A stretch of DNA of 36,350 nucleotides. Source: Thermomicrobiales bacterium. GTDB taxonomy: Bacteria; Chloroflexota; Chloroflexia; Thermomicrobiales; JALYUS01. Made by a program: the position numbers and the translations under genes. The stretch covers positions 1-36,350 of the forward strand of contig JBPCPB010000296.1 of the NCBI GenBank assembly GCA_050999735.1. Direction: 5' to 3'. The notes beneath the pieces are model-generated. The model searched no databases. It had not been told where the DNA came from and saw only the letters and a list, made by a program, of their open reading frames with translations. This document shows, piece by piece, positions 33,739 through 36,350 of this stretch; the first letter of the stretch is position 1; every line of letters starts with the position of its first letter.

Positions 33739-35430
33739 GAACGAAGATCCCTGACATGACTGAGCATCTTTTCCGGGGGCTGGTCAACCCCGGTTTCGAT
33801 CGTCACGCGATAGATCGCCACCGGCGTCGAGCCCGCGACCCCGTGCGCTACTTCTTCCAGCCGGTATTCACTCAGTTTGGGTTTCTCTAGCAGCTGGGTG
33901 AAGGAGTCCGTGAACACCGGCGTCCCTGCCGCGATTGCGGCCGCGATCCGCTGACGCTCGGTGTCAAGGGTCCGGCAATGCCTTCACGGGCGCCACATCG
34001 CTCTCATAGCCAACCCACCGCACGGGGACGATGGTACTGCGCCGCCCCGTCGGGGTTGCCTCCACGATGGGATCGAAGAGATCGGTGATGATGATGCTCC
34101 CTGCTGGGACGACCGATTGATAGAGCGCAATGGCCTGACCCTCGATAGGATCGGTGAGACGCAGGCGATCATGCGTCACGTAGCGGTTGTAGAGATAGGA
34201 CTCGTCGAGGGTGGATCGCCCGACCAGCAGACCGATCACGGTAATCCCGCATATCATGCCGCCGCCGATCCAGCGGGCGATCCGGCGCGGCGATGACGAC
34301 ACCCTCCTCCGCATCCATGCCACTCCCTGGTCAGCGCCCACGCCGATCAGGCACGCCATCAGCGGTATCAGCGGCATCAGGAACCGGATCGCCTGGAAGA
34401 AGTAGAGCAGGTACAGGCCGACGGTCAGCAGCGTGAAGAGCACGGCGAAGAGGGCCAGCTCCCGCGCTGCGGGGCGGCGATCACCCAGCAGCACGACGAG
34501 GCCGACGCCGAGCGGGACGAGGCATCAGCGTGGCGGCACGAGCGCGGGGAAGAGGTGAGTGTAGTACCCGATGTTCCCCCACGGCGTGAACCGCCCGCCA
34601 CGCTCCATCAGATGGGGTCGGAGGGCGTAGGTAAGGGCGAAGGTCCGATGGAGCGAGGTATACCAGGCGGGGTGCCAGAAGCGGTACCCCGTCGCGGTGA
34701 TGCTGCCGAAAGTTGCCCAGTTATAGAGCGCGAGGATACTTCCCGCGCATGCTGGCCCGCTCGCAAAGGCAACGAAGGCACGCCAGCCCTGCGCACGGAC
34801 GCGGTGGGTCGCGACCAGCGCGAGCGCCACACTCACCACCAGCGCAACGTTCGTGAAATGCACAAGCATAGCGAATCCGCACGTCGCCCCCAAACCGACG
34901 AGGGCAACGAGACACGCACGGAGGGTAGTGGCATGGATGACAGCGCGACAGAGGAGAATGGCGCTCAGCGCGATCAGGGCGGTTGAGGCCATCTCGCTGA
35001 GGATGAAATGGCTAAAGATGACAAAAACGGAGGAGAGCAGCGCCGACACTGCTGCGATCACCCCGGCGAGCGGCGCGCTGACCATGCGTGCCAGCACATA
35101 GGTGGCAAGCGTCAATACAGCGTAGGTCAGGACGCCATAGATCCCGGTCGCAAGCGTTGCATGAGGCAGCCAATAGAAGGGCATGAGCAACAGCGGAAAG
35201 CCGAAAGGATACCGGGATGGATAGGCCCGGTGGAGCAGGGTGATATGGTAACCCTTCAGGTGCGCGAGGTTCTGCGCCGTGATCGTATATTCGCCCGCAT
35301 CGGCATGGGGGACCAGCGAGCTTGCCCAGTAGGACGGCAAGAAGAGCATCGCTACCGCGAGCGCGAGCACGCCGAGGAGAAGGAAGAGTTCCGCACGGTC
35401 TCGCGTGTGGCGAATCGCCGATCGTACCAT
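33717..35430 (-). pseudogene. GT39/PMT_2-like (ArnT-type) membrane glycosyltransferase with an in-frame TGA (34525-34527) and a frameshift near 33964-33985
   Basis: The N-terminus HADAGEYTITAQNLAHLKGY...YPSRYPFGFPLLLMPFYW matches the GT39/ArnT-type first loop, and many TM helices follow. ORFs 34525..35430 and 33964..34494 are in the same frame, with a TM helix continuing across the TGA (...PALVPPR*CLVPLGVGLVVLL...). The C-terminal piece 33717..33983 is in another frame. Confidence 0.6.
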
Positions 35431-35535
35431 CTCGCCATCGTAGCAGGAGCGGGGGCGTAATCACACGCGGCCATATCCTCGCCTTTCCCGTCCGGTTCCG
35501 GGCGCGATATGCGCGGTTCCGAGAGGATGTCGGGG

Positions 35536-36350
35536 TTAGTGGGCCGAATCGTTCGAAGATGTGAGGAGGTCGGCGAAAGGGCCGTCCAGCGCCCGCTCGG
35601 CGACGAAGCGCCGCCGCTCCAGATCGAACACGCGGACGATGGTCCTCGATCGGGTTCCCCCGCCACTCGCCGCATCGCTGAGATAGGCGTAGCGCCCATC
35701 TGCGGAAAAGCCGTGCAGCGACAACGCCCCACCGACATCTGCATGATCGAGTTCGACCAGCCGATCCGGATCGACGACGGCCAACTGATGCCGCGTGCCG
35801 CTCCCGCCGCTCACCGTCCCCCTGCCATCATCCCGATAGGTATGGAGGATCAGCCGTCGGCCATCGGGCGAGAGCATCATCTCGTTCGCGGGGACGTCGA
35901 GGTGCGCCACCTCGCGCAGGTCGCGCGTCTCGATGACCTGTAGACCGGTCGGGGTCATGGTCTCGCGCCACCGGCCATCGGGCTGCTGTGTCGGCTCCGC
36001 ATGCTGCCCGATCACGAACAACCGCGCGCCGTCGTTGCTGAGCACCGCCCACCGGTCGGTACTCGGCCCACCCTTCGCGGCGACACGCGGCATCAGCCAC
36101 GCGGCGACGCGCCTTGCCAGGGACGTTCGCGGTCGAACCTCCTGCTGCGCGATGACCGTGCCACCGGCCAGATCGACGACGGTGATCGCGTCCCCGTCGG
36201 CATGGGCGATGTACAGCCGCTCCCGCGCGGTGTCCCATGCGAGGCCGGGGGAAAAGAGCGAGTAGAACGGATCGCTTGTCCCCATCTGGCTTTCCCGGAA
36301 CTGGCCCGCTTTCACGCCGTCGAGGCGCAGATCGGTCGCGATACCGCCGC
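35536..36350 (-). CDS. Beta-propeller-repeat protein, paralog of 24594..25904 (5' end outside the window)
   Basis: The frame is open to the window edge. It has SNDGARL, SPDGRRL and SADGRYA blades, and IAHADGDAITVVDL and VAAKGGPS segments that mirror IAHADADRVTLIDT and VAAKGPPG in the paralog. Confidence 0.7.
   Translation of the reverse strand, partial: GGIATDLRLDGVKAGQFRESQMGTSDPFYSLFSPGLAWDTARERLYIAHADGDAITVVDLAGGTVIAQQEVRPRTSLARRVAAWLMPRVAAKGGPSTDRWAVLSNDGARLFVIGQHAEPTQQPDGRWRETMTPTGLQVIETRDLREVAHLDVPANEMMLSPDGRRLILHTYRDDGRGTVSGGSGTRHQLAVVDPDRLVELDHADVGGALSLHGFSADGRYAYLSDAASGGGTRSRTIVRVFDLERRRFVAERALDGPFADLLTSSNDSAH

Noticed and set aside
35471-35520. Two GGAACCG copies (minus strand, plus-strand cggttcc at 35493-35499 and 35514-35520) upstream of the GT39-like pseudogene, as further ECF promoters.
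   Set aside because: They lack the leading G and the TGTA element at the correct distance (GATATG or GAACCG instead). This is too weak to call.
1-36350. Genetic-code reassignment of TAG (for example pyrrolysine or sense recoding) as an explanation for the three in-frame TAGs.
   Set aside because: TAG also terminates many genes at their natural ends: ROK 2539, APH 2950, SBP 8091, Gfo 9680, MBL 10715, Clp_N protein 26002 and paralog 27996. One interrupted gene carries TGA plus a frameshift. Ordinary nonsense decay or sequence error is more parsimonious.
1-36350. rRNA, tRNA, CRISPR arrays and large tandem repeats.
   Set aside because: I could see no T-loop/acceptor-like tRNA signatures in the intergenic spacers, no regularly spaced direct repeats, and no rRNA-like conserved blocks. 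A tRNAscan, Infernal or CRISPR-finder run would be needed to be certain.

Overview
High-GC (about two-thirds G+C by eye) bacterial chromosomal window. Gene content looks Chloroflexi- or Actinobacteria-like, but that is inference only. Coding is almost entirely on the minus strand. All calls rest on reading the supplied translations and the DNA; no database search was run.

Layout, left to right:
(1) 1-2.5 kb: tail of an SRPBCC-like gene, then a divergent SIS-isomerase / ROK-kinase pair (amino-sugar or fructosamine type).
(2) 2.9-6.1 kb: a small accessory patch. It holds an APH-family kinase-like gene fused in frame to a roughly 55-codon nucleotidyltransferase remnant, a low-GC orphan immunity-like gene, a truncated IS66-type transposase fragment and a secreted hypothetical.
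(3) 6.2-18.3 kb: a carbohydrate locus. Two CUT1-type ABC importers (solute-binding protein plus two permeases each, no ATPase gene) flank a four-enzyme cassette of Gfo/Idh/MocA, MBL-fold hydrolase, Gfo/Idh/MocA and a threonine-synthase-like PLP enzyme. An AraR-type (GntR-HTH + sugar-binding domain) regulator heads the locus.
(4) 18.39-19.71 kb: a complete 1321-bp IS element with perfect 14-bp terminal inverted repeats and a 10-bp target-site duplication. Its IS4/IS701-like DDE transposase carries one in-frame TAG.
(5) 19.8-31.5 kb: a long unidirectional cluster headed by an ECF sigma factor and a DUF4367-type anti-sigma protein. These are followed by an AAA+ ATPase, two paralogous signal-peptide/C-tail-anchored proteins, a PASTA protein, an RHH-Clp_N protein, a beta-propeller lipoprotein, a LolA/RseB-like protein with three DUF4367 repeats, a Tat-lipoprotein with a Rieske fold lacking both His ligands, and two further secreted proteins.
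(6) 32.1-36.35 kb: a rearranged, partly decayed second copy of parts of that cluster, plus a GT39-like glycosyltransferase pseudogene.

Most notable observations: the ECF-headed envelope cluster; a shared GGGAACCG-N15-TGTA promoter-like motif in front of two of its gene families; four in-frame stops (three TAG, one TGA) in otherwise intact-looking genes; the freshly inserted IS, which carries an odd 17-nt hairpin motif four times.

I recognised no rRNA, tRNA or CRISPR array.
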